Assembly: GCA_963788655.1 (NCBI GenBank) | Contig: CAWBHS010000089.1 | Coordinates: 32,001-96,000, forward strand | Length of the DNA: 64,000 nt | From: an uncultured Verrucomicrobiae bacterium | GTDB lineage: Bacteria; Verrucomicrobiota; Verrucomicrobiia; Limisphaerales; JAFGQR01 | Direction: 5' to 3' | Shown: positions 1 to 9,118 of the stretch, piece after piece | Layout of the letters: the number at the start of each line of letters is the position of its first letter | Position numbering within the stretch: the stretch's first letter is position 1 | Notes under the pieces: model-generated | Seen by the model: only the letters and a program-made list of their open reading frames with translations | Told to the model about the DNA's origin: nothing | The model's database searches: none | Translations under genes and position numbers: made by a program

Positions 1-721
1 GCACGGCTTCCGGGACGAAGCCCTCATCCAGGTAAGTCGTCAATGAGGCGCCCACGTCGCGCTTGCTCATCTTGGTGCCGTCCTGGTTGAGGATCAGCGG
101 AATGTGCGCGTAACGCGGCGGCGGCACGTCGAAGGCCTGGAACAGCGCAATGTGCTTGGAGGTGTTGCTAAGATGGTCCTCGCCCCGGATAACGTGCGTG
201 ATGCCCATGTCCAGATCGTCCACGACATTGGTGAGGTGAAACACCGGTTTACCGTCGGAACGGACAATGACAAAATCCGGATCCTGCGCTTCCCGGTCGG
301 TCAACTCCCGCCGCACTTCGCCCACCACGAGGTCATCGATGAGGACCGGCTCGCGTTGCATCTTGAACTTGATGGCGCCGTCGTGTTCGTAGGCCAGGCC
401 GTGGGAGAGCAGGGCTTCCACTCGACGTTCGTAATCCTTGCGACGCTGGCTCTGGAAATACGGGCCACAGTCACCCTTGAACGGCCCCGTGGCTTCGGAG
501 GTCAAGGGGCCTTCGTCCCACACCAAGCCCAGCCAGCGCAGGCTGTTCAGCACCACATCGACGGCCTCCTGAGTGTTGCGGGCCGCGTCCGTGTCCTCAA
601 TGCGCAGGACAAAGTCGCCCCCGGTGTGCCGGGCGTAAAGCCAGTTGAACAACGCCGTGCGGGCGCCACCGATGTGCAGGTAGCCGGTGGGGCTGGGGGC
701 AAAACGAACGCGAGTTTTCAT
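1..721 (-). CDS. gltX: glutamate--tRNA ligase (3' part runs off the window)
   Basis: Manual translation of the minus strand: [27 protein letters not shown] (HIGH motif) and DGTKMSKR (KMSKS motif) near position 61-83. Not in the ORF track because it is open-ended. Alternative start at 727. Confidence 0.95.
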   Translation of the reverse strand, partial: MKTRVRFAPSPTGYLHIGGARTALFNWLYARHTGGDFVLRIEDTDAARNTQEAVDVVLNSLRWLGLVWDEGPLTSEATGPFKGDCGPYFQSQRRKDYERRVEALLSHGLAYEHDGAIKFKMQREPVLIDDLVVGEVRRELTDREAQDPDFVIVRSDGKPVFHLTNVVDDLDMGITHVIRGEDHLSNTSKHIALFQAFDVPPPRYAHIPLILNQDGTKMSKRDVGASLTTYLDEGFVPEAV

Positions 722-878
722 AACCATTGATTTATTGCGCGACACAAGAAGATCCTTGTGCGTCCGAAACCTCACATCTGAGGTCTGTGGGAAGCTTAGG
801 AAAGAACGACGGCAATGCAACCGCAAACGCGATCAACCGATTCGAATGGCCTGGGGATTGGTGGAACCGCCCTAAACG

Positions 879-1045
879 CCGAAGACCGAAGGCTGAATTC
901 CGAGAGCAATCCGAAATCGGAAGTCCGAAGCCTGAAACCGAAGGCGTTTCCGTTTCAATGGTGCGCCGCCCGAATTCCCTCCGGCCGGATCAATTTGAGA
1001 TTTCGGGCTTCGGGCTTCTTTCGGATCTCGGCATTCGGATTTCAA
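879..1045. repeat. inverted pair of degenerate heptamer arrays (CCGAARN)n ... (NYTTCGG)n
   Basis: Left arm CCGAAGA CCGAAGG CTGAATT CCGAGAG caat CCGAAAT CGGAAGT CCGAAGC; right arm ATTTGAG ATTTCGG GCTTCGG gctt CTTTCGG ATCTCGG CATTCGG ATTTCAA. Confidence 0.75.
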
Positions 1046-1094
1046 TCACCGGGTTTTGCCTTGAACTCCAGGGAACCGCCCCTAGAGTGGTCCA

Positions 1095-1984
1095 ATGAGT
1101 TTTGTACCGTTGACTCGGGGCTTGAGCCTGGCCTGTTTCTGTTGTCCGCCGGCATCGCCGCGGCCCAGGTGGACGTGGCGGTGGTTCTGGACCACGAGCA
1201 ATATCTCCAGGATGAATCGTTGCCGGTGGAAGTGCGGATTGCGAACCGGTCCGGCCAGGACTTGCACTTGGGGCAGGAAGGCTGGCTGACGTTTTCCATC
1301 GAACGGAAAGACGGATTCTTCGTGCGCCAACTCGGCAAGGTTCCGGTGAAGGGCAAGTTTACCTTGGAATCTTCCTATGAGGTCAAGCGGCGGCTGGATT
1401 TGATGCCGTATTTCAGTTTGAGTGAACCGGGGCGTTACTACGTGACGGCCATGGTGAAACTCAAGCAATGGGGCCAGGAAATCGGCAGCAAACCCAAATC
1501 ATTCGACATCACGCGGGGCGCGCGTATCTGGCAACAGGAATTTGGGGTGCCGACCACCGAGGGCATCCCGGAAACCCGCCGCTACGCGCTCATTCAGGCC
1601 AACAACTTCAAGCGGCTCATGCTGTATCTGCGCCTGACGGATCCGCTGGATCAAAAAGTGTTTCGGATGCTGGCGTTGGGACAATTGGTTTCCTTCAGCC
1701 GACCGGAAGCGCAGGTGGACAAAGAGAGCAATTTGCACGTTCTTTTCCAAACGGGAGCGCGGGCATTCCTCTACTACCGGATCAGTCCCCAGGGAACGGT
1801 GTTGCTACGTCAGACGCACGAATATGGCGCGACCCGTCCCGTTTTGAAGAACAATGAGGAAGGAAAGATCTTTGTGAGCGGAGGGGTTCGGCGGATCAAT
1901 TCGTTCGATATTCCGCCGCCCCCGAAAGCGGTGGTGCCAGAGCAACCGACAACCCCGGCGACGCAATCTCCTCGGCTGCCGTAA
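1095..1984 (+). CDS. exported hypothetical protein (frameshift near 1140)
   Basis: MSFVPLTRGLSLACF joins LLSAGIAAAQV across one indel to give a signal peptide, followed by a long beta-rich ORF with a Pro-rich tail. Confidence 0.65.
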
Positions 1985-1987
1985 CGG

Positions 1988-2528
1988 TCAGGCGAAAGCC
2001 AATTGCTGTTTGAGGTGAAGGATCTTGGCGGCGATGGCCGCGAGATCCGGGAGGACAAAATCGTGGTGAACCTGACCCACCCACGGGGATTCCACCAACA
2101 AGGAAAGTACATCCCGCCGTGCGCGCAGCTTCCGAGTCCTGCCACTTGTCGCTGATGATAAACGAATGGTCGAGGTTCAGGTGCCATTTGAAGGCGGCCT
2201 CGATCAGCAGACCCGGGCGCGGCTTGCGACACGGGCAATGGTCGGTTTCATCGTGCGGGCAGACCATGATGTCGTCCAGGGGGAAGGTGCGCCGGAGCAG
2301 GTCGTGCATCCGGTCCAACTCGCGCCGTGATTGATATCCCCGTGAAAGGCCGGGTTGATTCGTGGTGGCGATCAACACAAAACCGGCATCTTTCAGCGTC
2401 TTCAATGGGGCCACGGCCGCCTTGTTCACCTTGCACTCCTCCAACGTCAACGGAGTAATCTGGTGTCGCGGCCCGGTACGCACTTGGTTCAGGATTCCAT
2501 CGCGCTCTATGAACACAGCTCGCTTCAT
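1988..2528 (-). CDS. HAD-IIIA family hydrolase, GmhB/histidinol-phosphatase-like (frameshift near 2105)
   Basis: FIERDGILN, TNQPG, CPH..CPCRKPRPG, IISDKWQD motifs. Removing one T restores the C-terminus ...SLLVESPWVGQVHHDFVLPDLAAIAAKILHLKQQLAFA*. Confidence 0.85.
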
Positions 2529-2994
2529 AAAAATGCTAATAAGCATAAATGCGGCCCAAGGCTAAACTGAGAGCCAAAAAAAGCGGTGAGCCACTACCGG
2601 CACTGTTTTTTGGCATGTCCGCCTCAAGCCCCCGAAAGCCTCTGCCGATACGGCATGGCCATCGCGAGCCGGCCTTCCCGGCGCATCCTTGCCGCTGCCG
2701 AGCGGGAAGATTTTTCTCAACGTTGCGGCGGCATCCGAAAATCAATTCGGGCATGCCTGATGCCGAGTTGTCATCGGGATCATCCTTGAATTTGCTTTGC
2801 TCCGGCCTCTTTGCCCCGGTACGTCTTGGTAAGACAAAAACACTTTTCGGATTCATACGACATCTATAAGTGTGAACCCAAAATTTCAGATGGCGTCGCT
2901 CCACGCAATCAAAAACTTACTGATATTCTTGACCGGATCGGAGATTGGAAAGCGGGAGGGGCGCAGTGAGGTGGATGCTCATCCAAGCAACAAC

Positions 2995-3396
2995 TCACTG
3001 CACAAGATCCACGATGTCGCCTGGCTCCAGCGTGGGATCGACCTTCCGGGCCAGCAATTGAGACGGATCAACCGTGGTCACTTGGCCCCGATGGTTGACC
3101 AAAATGACCCGCGGATCGCCCAGCCCATCGTATTCGGCCAGCACCAGGGCTTGGGACAGGGTGAGATGTTCGGTCCATGGCACATGGGGTTTATGGACGG
3201 GACCGTTCACCACGACAAATTTGGTCCCGTTTTTGCCGTCATTCTGCCGGCTCATTTGTTGTTGCCGCCAGGCTTGTTGTTGTCCCGCCAGGAAGGCCAT
3301 CCGGGCTTGCATCCGAGCTTCGGACTTGGAAACGCAGCCGGTCGCCGGCAGCAGCAGGACCAACCAGAGCAATAACGTTAGCATCAAGGCATTCAT
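2995..3396 (-). CDS. putative lipoprotein with SLBB/beta-grasp-like C-terminus
   Basis: Hydrophobic leader ending ATGC (lipobox-like); VVVNGPV...LTLSQAL...LEPGDIV pattern. Confidence 0.6.
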   Translation of the reverse strand: MNALMLTLLLWLVLLLPATGCVSKSEARMQARMAFLAGQQQAWRQQQMSRQNDGKNGTKFVVVNGPVHKPHVPWTEHLTLSQALVLAEYDGLGDPRVILVNHRGQVTTVDPSQLLARKVDPTLEPGDIVDLVQ

Positions 3397-3415
3397 CGCC
3401 AGAGTCGCAAAATCA

Positions 3416-3895
3416 TCAGTGTGCGGGCGTTTCCTGCAGCAGCTCTACCGCGTGAGGAATCGCTTCGGACACAAAACTTAAACACTCGACGGCGGCATTT
3501 GGTTTCCCCGGAAGGCAAATTAACAAAGCCCGATCCACCACCACGGCCAGATTGCGCGACAGAATCGCGTGCGGAGTGATCTTCAGCGATTCGGCGCGCA
3601 TGACTTCGCCAAAGCCCGGCAAGTCCCGCACCGCGATCTCCCGAACCGCTTCCGGGGTAACATCCCGCGACGTGATGCCCGTGCCACCGGTGGTCAGAAT
3701 CAAGTGACAGTCTCGTGCAGCCTGAATTTGCACTGCCCGCTGAATATCATTTTTGTCATCGGGCACTGTAGCTTCCGCGAGGATGTTCCAACCATAGCCT
3801 GCCGCTGCCTGCCGGAGCGCGGGTCCGCTCAAGTCGGAGTATTCGCCGCGGAACGCGCGGTCGGAAATTGTGATAAGGCCGACGTTGATTCGCAT
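3416..3895 (-). CDS. mogA: molybdopterin adenylyltransferase MogA/MoaB family
   Basis: GLITISDRA, DLSGP, LTTGGTG...RDVTPEA, LPGKP motifs. Confidence 0.9.
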   Translation of the reverse strand: MRINVGLITISDRAFRGEYSDLSGPALRQAAAGYGWNILAEATVPDDKNDIQRAVQIQAARDCHLILTTGGTGITSRDVTPEAVREIAVRDLPGFGEVMRAESLKITPHAILSRNLAVVVDRALLICLPGKPNAAVECLSFVSEAIPHAVELLQETPAH

Positions 3896-3957
3896 GGGGC
3901 ATCCTAAGTTGCAGATTCCGTTGTTCAATCGGTAAAACGCAATGATTCGGGCATTCC

Positions 3958-4102
3958 GGGGAGCGCGCCCGCCTCGGGCGCAGTCAACGGCGCCCTCGCC
4001 GTTGACCCGGATGGGGCGCGGCTTTCGCCATCCCAATCGCTCCGCTCCGGCGGATGGTCGGCGCGGGGCGTACCGATCCAAAGGCGAGGCGCCTGTGCTC
4101 CC
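3958..4102. repeat. REP-like palindromic element between moaC and mogA
   Basis: Perfect 10-bp hairpin GTCAACGGCG-ccct-CGCCGTTGAC (3983-4006); hairpin CGCCCG-cct-CGGGCG; outer GGGAGC...GCTCCC ends. Confidence 0.6.
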
Positions 4103-4163
4103 CAGTTCCTTGGGACTGCACTCAAACGGATGGATCAGTTGCCGTTCAAAGCGCACGTTCGGT

Positions 4164-4616
4164 TCACGTTTTTGTCTTCGACACCAGCCGAACACTCGTG
4201 ATGCGCATGCGTGGGTCCACTGCTTTGCACATGTCGTAAATCGTCAGGGCCGCCACCGTGACAGCAGTCAGGGCTTCCATCTCGACCCCGGTTTGCGCGG
4301 CAATTTTGGCGGAGGCGGTGATGCAAATCCGGTCCTGAGTCTTGGGGGTGTCAAAATTTACTTCGCAATGGGTGATGGGTAACGGATGGCAAAGCGGGAT
4401 CAATTCGCCAGTCCGTTTGGCCGCCTGAATACCGGCCACGCGCGCCGTGGCCAGCACGTTGCCTTTGGCAATGCGGTTGGCTTGGATCAATTGGAGCGTG
4501 GCCTTTTGCAGACGGATTTCGCCACCGGCAACGGCTTCGCGCTTTTGGACGGGTTTGGCTGAAACGTCCACCATGCGGGCTTCACCGCGCGAATCGAGGT
4601 GACTGAATTGCTTCAT
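4164..4616 (-). CDS. moaC: cyclic pyranopterin monophosphate synthase MoaC
   Basis: ARMVDVSAK, LIPLCHP, TGVEMEAL, YDMCKAVD. Confidence 0.95.
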   Translation of the reverse strand: MKQFSHLDSRGEARMVDVSAKPVQKREAVAGGEIRLQKATLQLIQANRIAKGNVLATARVAGIQAAKRTGELIPLCHPLPITHCEVNFDTPKTQDRICITASAKIAAQTGVEMEALTAVTVAALTIYDMCKAVDPRMRITSVRLVSKTKT

Positions 4617-5392
4617 GGCCGCCGAGTTGAGGCGATGGACTGCATCCATTCGCCAACCGCCGCGCGCATTTGCTCGGCGGCGTTGAGATGGGGTTTGACG
4701 AATTTGGGGGTGAACCAGGGAAAGGTGCCCAATAGATCGTGCGAAACCAGAATTTGTCCGTCGCAATCCGGCCCGGACCCGATGCCAATCGTCGGGATGG
4801 GGATCTCCCGCGTGATCTCCGCCGCGACCGGTGGCGTGACCAATTCCAGCACCAGCGCCGTGGCACCGGCTTCCACCAACGCCCGGGCATCGGCCAACAA
4901 GGCTTGGCGCTGTTCTTCGGTCTTACCTTTGACGTGATAACCGCCTTCCGCTCGTACGCTTTGGGGGAGCATGCCCAAGTGGCCGATATACGGAATGCCG
5001 GTCGCGACAATCCCCCGCACTTGTTCGATGATGCCGCGGCCGCCTTCGGCTTTGACCACTTCGGCTCCGGCCGCGACCAATCGGCGCGCATTGGCCAGGG
5101 CGGCTTCCACAGTGTCGCAACTGTGAAAGGGCAGGTCCGCGCCCAGCAGCGCCCGCGGTTGGGCGCGAGCGGCGGCGCGGACGTGATGCTCCATTTCATC
5201 CATGGTCACAAGGGTGGTGTCCGGATACCCCAGCACCACCATGCCTAGCGAGTCGCCGACCAGCAAAAACGGCACACCCGTTTCGTCCAGGAGCTTTGTC
5301 ATCGGATAATCGTAGGCAGTCAGAGCCGCGATCTTCTCGCCGCGCGGTTTCATGGCGCGGAGGGCTTCGGCGGTCACTTTGCTTTGTCGCAT
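4613..5392 (-). CDS. panB: 3-methyl-2-oxobutanoate hydroxymethyltransferase
   Basis: LTAYD, LVGDSLGM, ADLPF, PTIGIGSG..CDGQILV. Confidence 0.95.
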   Translation of the reverse strand: MRQSKVTAEALRAMKPRGEKIAALTAYDYPMTKLLDETGVPFLLVGDSLGMVVLGYPDTTLVTMDEMEHHVRAAARAQPRALLGADLPFHSCDTVEAALANARRLVAAGAEVVKAEGGRGIIEQVRGIVATGIPYIGHLGMLPQSVRAEGGYHVKGKTEEQRQALLADARALVEAGATALVLELVTPPVAAEITREIPIPTIGIGSGPDCDGQILVSHDLLGTFPWFTPKFVKPHLNAAEQMRAAVGEWMQSIASTRRP

Positions 5393-5625
5393 GAACCAAC
5401 GATTGCCGTGCCGACCCGCAGCGACAAGCGCAAAATGGTTGAAGGAAAGCTTTCCACGTCGCCGGCTGCAAAACTGGCGTTACTGGCTGTATCGCGGACT
5501 TTCAAGTCGGCTTGTGAGGCGAGGCGTTAACGCGAGCTTTGGGCTGCTGGAAACTCAGGTATTACCAGGCTGAACCAGAACTCGCTTGGCAGTCACCGGG
5601 CCTTTTGCTTAGCTGAGCGCGTTCA

Positions 5626-7794
5626 ATGCACAAGCGTCACGCCATCGTATTGTTGTTGTTCTGCCTGGGATGGGCAGCGTTGGCGGGCGCCCAGGAGAGT
5701 CCGCGCTGGGAGATTCACGCCGAGCAAGGGGTGAATATGAATTTCGAAACCGGCCTGGTCACCACGACCAACGGGATTTCGGTGAAGTATGCTGATTCAT
5801 TGCTTACCGCCCGCAATGCTACCTTGAACCAACGCACCGGCGAGATCACCGCCGAGGGTGACGTGCGCTTGGAACGGCAGGGCGTCGTTTGGCTCGGGAA
5901 AAGCCTCCAATACAATTTCATCACCGGCAAGGTAATTGCGCGGAATTTTAAAACCGGGCAGCCGCCATTCTTCGTGGGGGCCGAGGCAGTGGTCGGCGAC
6001 ACCAAGGCCGGGATTTACGCCGCCGCCAACGGGATGCTCACCACCGATGACGTTGCCAAACCCGGTTATAGTATCCGGGCCAAGTCAATCGTGGTCGTTC
6101 CCGGCGAATACATCATGGCCCGAAACGCGGTATTGTATTTGGGCAAAGTCCCGGTGTTTTGGTTTCCGTATTACCGCCGGAGCCTGGTTCGCCATCCGAA
6201 CTATTGGACGCTGGTGCCCGGCTACCGCAGTCGGGATGGCGCGTACCTGCTTTCGGCGTACAACTGGTATTGGAGCGAACGTTTGGACGGAGCGATGCAT
6301 CTCGACGGGCGATGGAAGCGCGGCGTGGGGGTGGGGCCGGATTTCAACTGGCACCTGCCGCGGTTTGGCGAGGGACAGTTCAAATACTATTACCTCCACG
6401 ATCTGGAGCCCGGTATGACCACCACGGACCGGCCCATCAAGGAGGACCGTCAGCGGGTTTGGTTTTCCCATCAGGTGGCGATCAATTCGAACCTGACCGC
6501 CAAGGCGATGGTGCGCTGGCAGAGCGATCCGATGATTGTCCGGGACTTCTTCGAAAGCGAATATCAGGAGAATCCTCAACCCAGCACCTATCTCGAGGTG
6601 AACCAGCAATGGACGAATTTCACCCTGAACCTCCTGGCGCAACCACGCGTCAACCGGTTCTTTGAAACGGTCGAGCAATTGCCGGATCTCCGCTTGTCGG
6701 GACTGCGGCAGCAGCTTGGCCGGACCCCGTTGTACTACGACAGCGAAAGCTCACTCGGCTGGTACCGGCGCAAGTTTGCCGAGAACGAGACCAACAATTA
6801 TTCGGCACTGCGGGCGGACACGTTCCATCAAGTATTGCTGCCGCACACCTTCTTTGGCTGGCTGAACGTCACCCCGCGCGTGGGCGGCCGGTTCACGCAC
6901 TACGGGGAATCAGATCCTTACGGGCGAGCGTTGTCCGAGCGTGACCGGGGCGTGTTCAACACCGGCGTGGAAATGACCTTCAAGGCCTCGCGGGTCTGGC
7001 CCGACGTGCGCAGCCGGTTTTGGCAACTGGACGGATTGCGGCACATCATCGAACCGGGGATCAATTATGCCTACGTGCCCCGGCCCAATCGGACGCCGGA
7101 CGAATTGCCGCAGTTTCAATTTGAATTGCCCACCACGCGGCTGTTGCCGATCATGTATCCCGCCTACAACGCCATCGACTCGATTGACAGCCAGAATGTG
7201 CTGCGATTGTCATTGCGCAATCTGCTCCAAACCAAACGCCAGGGACGCATCGAAGACTTCCTGCACTGGGCGGTGGTCACGGATTGGCGGCTCAAACCGC
7301 GCGCGGACCAAAGCACGTTTTCCGACCTGTATTCCCAGATGGATTTACAGCCGTTTTCCTGGGTGACGCTTAGCTCCGATTTGCGGATTGGTTTGGACAA
7401 TCCCCGCGTCCGGGAGGCCAATCACGGTCTGACGCTGGCTCCGAACTCCCACTGGAGCGTGAACTTCAGCCATCGGTATCTCGAGACGGACCTGGCCACC
7501 GGTCTGGGCACGGGCAACAACCTCTTTTCCAGCACGCTCTATTATCGGCTCAACGAGAACTGGGGCACGCGGGCCTATTGGCGTTACGAGGCGCGCGACA
7601 AGGTTTTGGAAGAACAACAATACACGCTCTACCGGGATTTCCGCAGTTGGACTGGCGCGCTCACCTTGCGGGTGCGGGACAATCGTAACGGCCCGACCGA
7701 TTTCACGGTGGCGGTGACGTTCTCCTTGAAAGCTTTCCCGCGCTTCGATTTGGGCGAGGACGTCAATCATCCATCGCGGTTGCTCGGATATTGA
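5626..7794 (+). CDS. lptD: LPS-assembly protein LptD (outer-membrane beta-barrel)
   Basis: Signal peptide, OstA-like N-domain (ITAEGDVRL), VPVFWFPY motif, long aromatic beta-barrel C-domain. Confidence 0.85.
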   Translation: MHKRHAIVLLLFCLGWAALAGAQESPRWEIHAEQGVNMNFETGLVTTTNGISVKYADSLLTARNATLNQRTGEITAEGDVRLERQGVVWLGKSLQYNFITGKVIARNFKTGQPPFFVGAEAVVGDTKAGIYAAANGMLTTDDVAKPGYSIRAKSIVVVPGEYIMARNAVLYLGKVPVFWFPYYRRSLVRHPNYWTLVPGYRSRDGAYLLSAYNWYWSERLDGAMHLDGRWKRGVGVGPDFNWHLPRFGEGQFKYYYLHDLEPGMTTTDRPIKEDRQRVWFSHQVAINSNLTAKAMVRWQSDPMIVRDFFESEYQENPQPSTYLEVNQQWTNFTLNLLAQPRVNRFFETVEQLPDLRLSGLRQQLGRTPLYYDSESSLGWYRRKFAENETNNYSALRADTFHQVLLPHTFFGWLNVTPRVGGRFTHYGESDPYGRALSERDRGVFNTGVEMTFKASRVWPDVRSRFWQLDGLRHIIEPGINYAYVPRPNRTPDELPQFQFELPTTRLLPIMYPAYNAIDSIDSQNVLRLSLRNLLQTKRQGRIEDFLHWAVVTDWRLKPRADQSTFSDLYSQMDLQPFSWVTLSSDLRIGLDNPRVREANHGLTLAPNSHWSVNFSHRYLETDLATGLGTGNNLFSSTLYYRLNENWGTRAYWRYEARDKVLEEQQYTLYRDFRSWTGALTLRVRDNRNGPTDFTVAVTFSLKAFPRFDLGEDVNHPSRLLGY

Positions 7795-7902
7795 CGCCGA
7801 TCATCGGCAACAGGCCAAGGTGGAGAAGAACATTGTGACGAAGAGAAGGTGTTTACACTGGTAGCCTACGATTGCGTTAACCAAAGAGACATCCTCTGAA
7901 GG

Positions 7903-8862
7903 TCAACTTGTTTCTGCTTGTACTGATGGTTGGCTTGTTCCTTTTCGCATAGCATCCAGTCGCGTTTGTAGAGCGGCAAGGTCGTGCAGGTAAATCGCGC
8001 CAATATCGTCGAGAGTCTTCTGGTAGGCGGCGGCGGCCCGTCCTCCGATGAGAATAATTGCTTCGCCCGGCAACAACTGGCGCAATCGCTTGAGCTCGGC
8101 TTCGAGATACGGATCGTCTTCGGGATAGACCAGGCTCAGCGCCACGGCGCGCGCGCGGTTTTGCAGGGCGGCGCCCGCAATCTCCTCGGCCGGCAAGCAT
8201 GGTCCCAGATAAGTCACCCGCCATCCTAGATTGCTGGCGGTGACCGCCACCATGACAGCGCCCAGTTCGTGCAACTGTCCGGGTGGAGTAGTCACCAGCA
8301 ATCGCGGCGAGCTTTCCGGCAGCGTGTAGGCGCGCGCAAAACTCCCCAGAAAGGTTCGAATGACCGCGGTGGCAATATGCTCGTGGGCCACCTTGAGCGT
8401 CCCGCCCTGCCAGCAATCGCCAATTTGCTGAATCAAGGGCACCATGACTTGCTGCAACAAACCGAGCTGACCCAGTTCCGAGGCGCCCCGGCTCAGCACG
8501 TTTTCAAGCCCCTGTCCGTCGAGTCGCTTGATGGCCGCCAGTCCTTCGGCGACATAATCCGGCTTGATGGATTTGCCCGGGGCAGGCGGGGCGGAGGGCT
8601 GGCGATTGACTTGCCGCTCCGCCTTCAGCAACTCGCTCAATTCCGAGTGCGACAACCGGGCGATTTGACCGATGTGATGGCCCGCCTGTGTCGCCTCGTG
8701 AAGCAATTGTAGGCGGGCTATCTCGGCCTCGCTGTAGAGTCGGCGTTTGGTTTCACTCCGCTCGGGCTTCACCGCTCCGTAACGCCGTTCCCACATACGA
8801 ATCAAATGTGGGCTCAGTCCCGTCCGTCGCGCCACAACCTTCATCGAATGTAAATATCCCAT
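7903..8862 (-). CDS. carH: MerR-family regulator with cobalamin-binding domain (CarH/LitR-type photoreceptor)
   Basis: MerR HTH (IRMWERRYG..P.R...RRLY), W-x9-EH (WQGGTLKVAHEH), GQLHELG, VTYLG; divergent from carotenoid genes. Confidence 0.88.
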   Translation of the reverse strand: MGYLHSMKVVARRTGLSPHLIRMWERRYGAVKPERSETKRRLYSEAEIARLQLLHEATQAGHHIGQIARLSHSELSELLKAERQVNRQPSAPPAPGKSIKPDYVAEGLAAIKRLDGQGLENVLSRGASELGQLGLLQQVMVPLIQQIGDCWQGGTLKVAHEHIATAVIRTFLGSFARAYTLPESSPRLLVTTPPGQLHELGAVMVAVTASNLGWRVTYLGPCLPAEEIAGAALQNRARAVALSLVYPEDDPYLEAELKRLRQLLPGEAIILIGGRAAAAYQKTLDDIGAIYLHDLAALQTRLDAMRKGTSQPSVQAETS

Positions 8863-8877
8863 CTAAGTTTATGACTT

Positions 8878-9070
8878 TAGACAAAGCATAAACAAATGGC
8901 AAATAATTAAGAAAATGGTGAATGATCATGGGTTTATCAGGATTTTAGATTTTTCACAATTTATTTACTAACAACACAATACGCAATTAATACGTTGAAA
9001 TCTAGCCTCGGAAGCTTAAAAGTTATACAAAATATTGACAAACAAACAAATATGAGACAAATATAAGACA
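8878..9070. promoter_or_regulatory. AT-rich divergent promoter region with 11-bp-spaced TnnACA direct repeats (putative CarH operators)
   Basis: TAGACA 8878 / TAAACA 8889; TATACA 9024 / TTGACA 9035; ACAAATATGAG-ACAAATATAAG-ACA 9046-9070. Confidence 0.7.
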
Positions 9071-9118
9071 TGAAGGCGCGGTCCTGAGCGGATCATCGGA
9101 ACTGAAAGACAAAACAAC

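Noticed and set aside
104..730. 208-aa plus-strand ORF
   Set aside because: Antisense shadow of gltX.
879..1045. Possible CRISPR array
   Set aside because: 7-nt degenerate units with no unique spacers and no cas genes; no CRISPR array seen anywhere in the window.
815..1094. N-terminal extension of the 389-aa ORF
   Set aside because: It is translated heptamer repeat; the real start is likely 1095 with a frameshift.
2536..2990. Short overlapping ORFs or ncRNA upstream of the HAD gene
   Set aside because: No recognisable motif or RNA family.
8863..9118. Cobalamin riboswitch near the B12-binding regulator
   Set aside because: AT-rich, with no B12-box or conserved stems visible.
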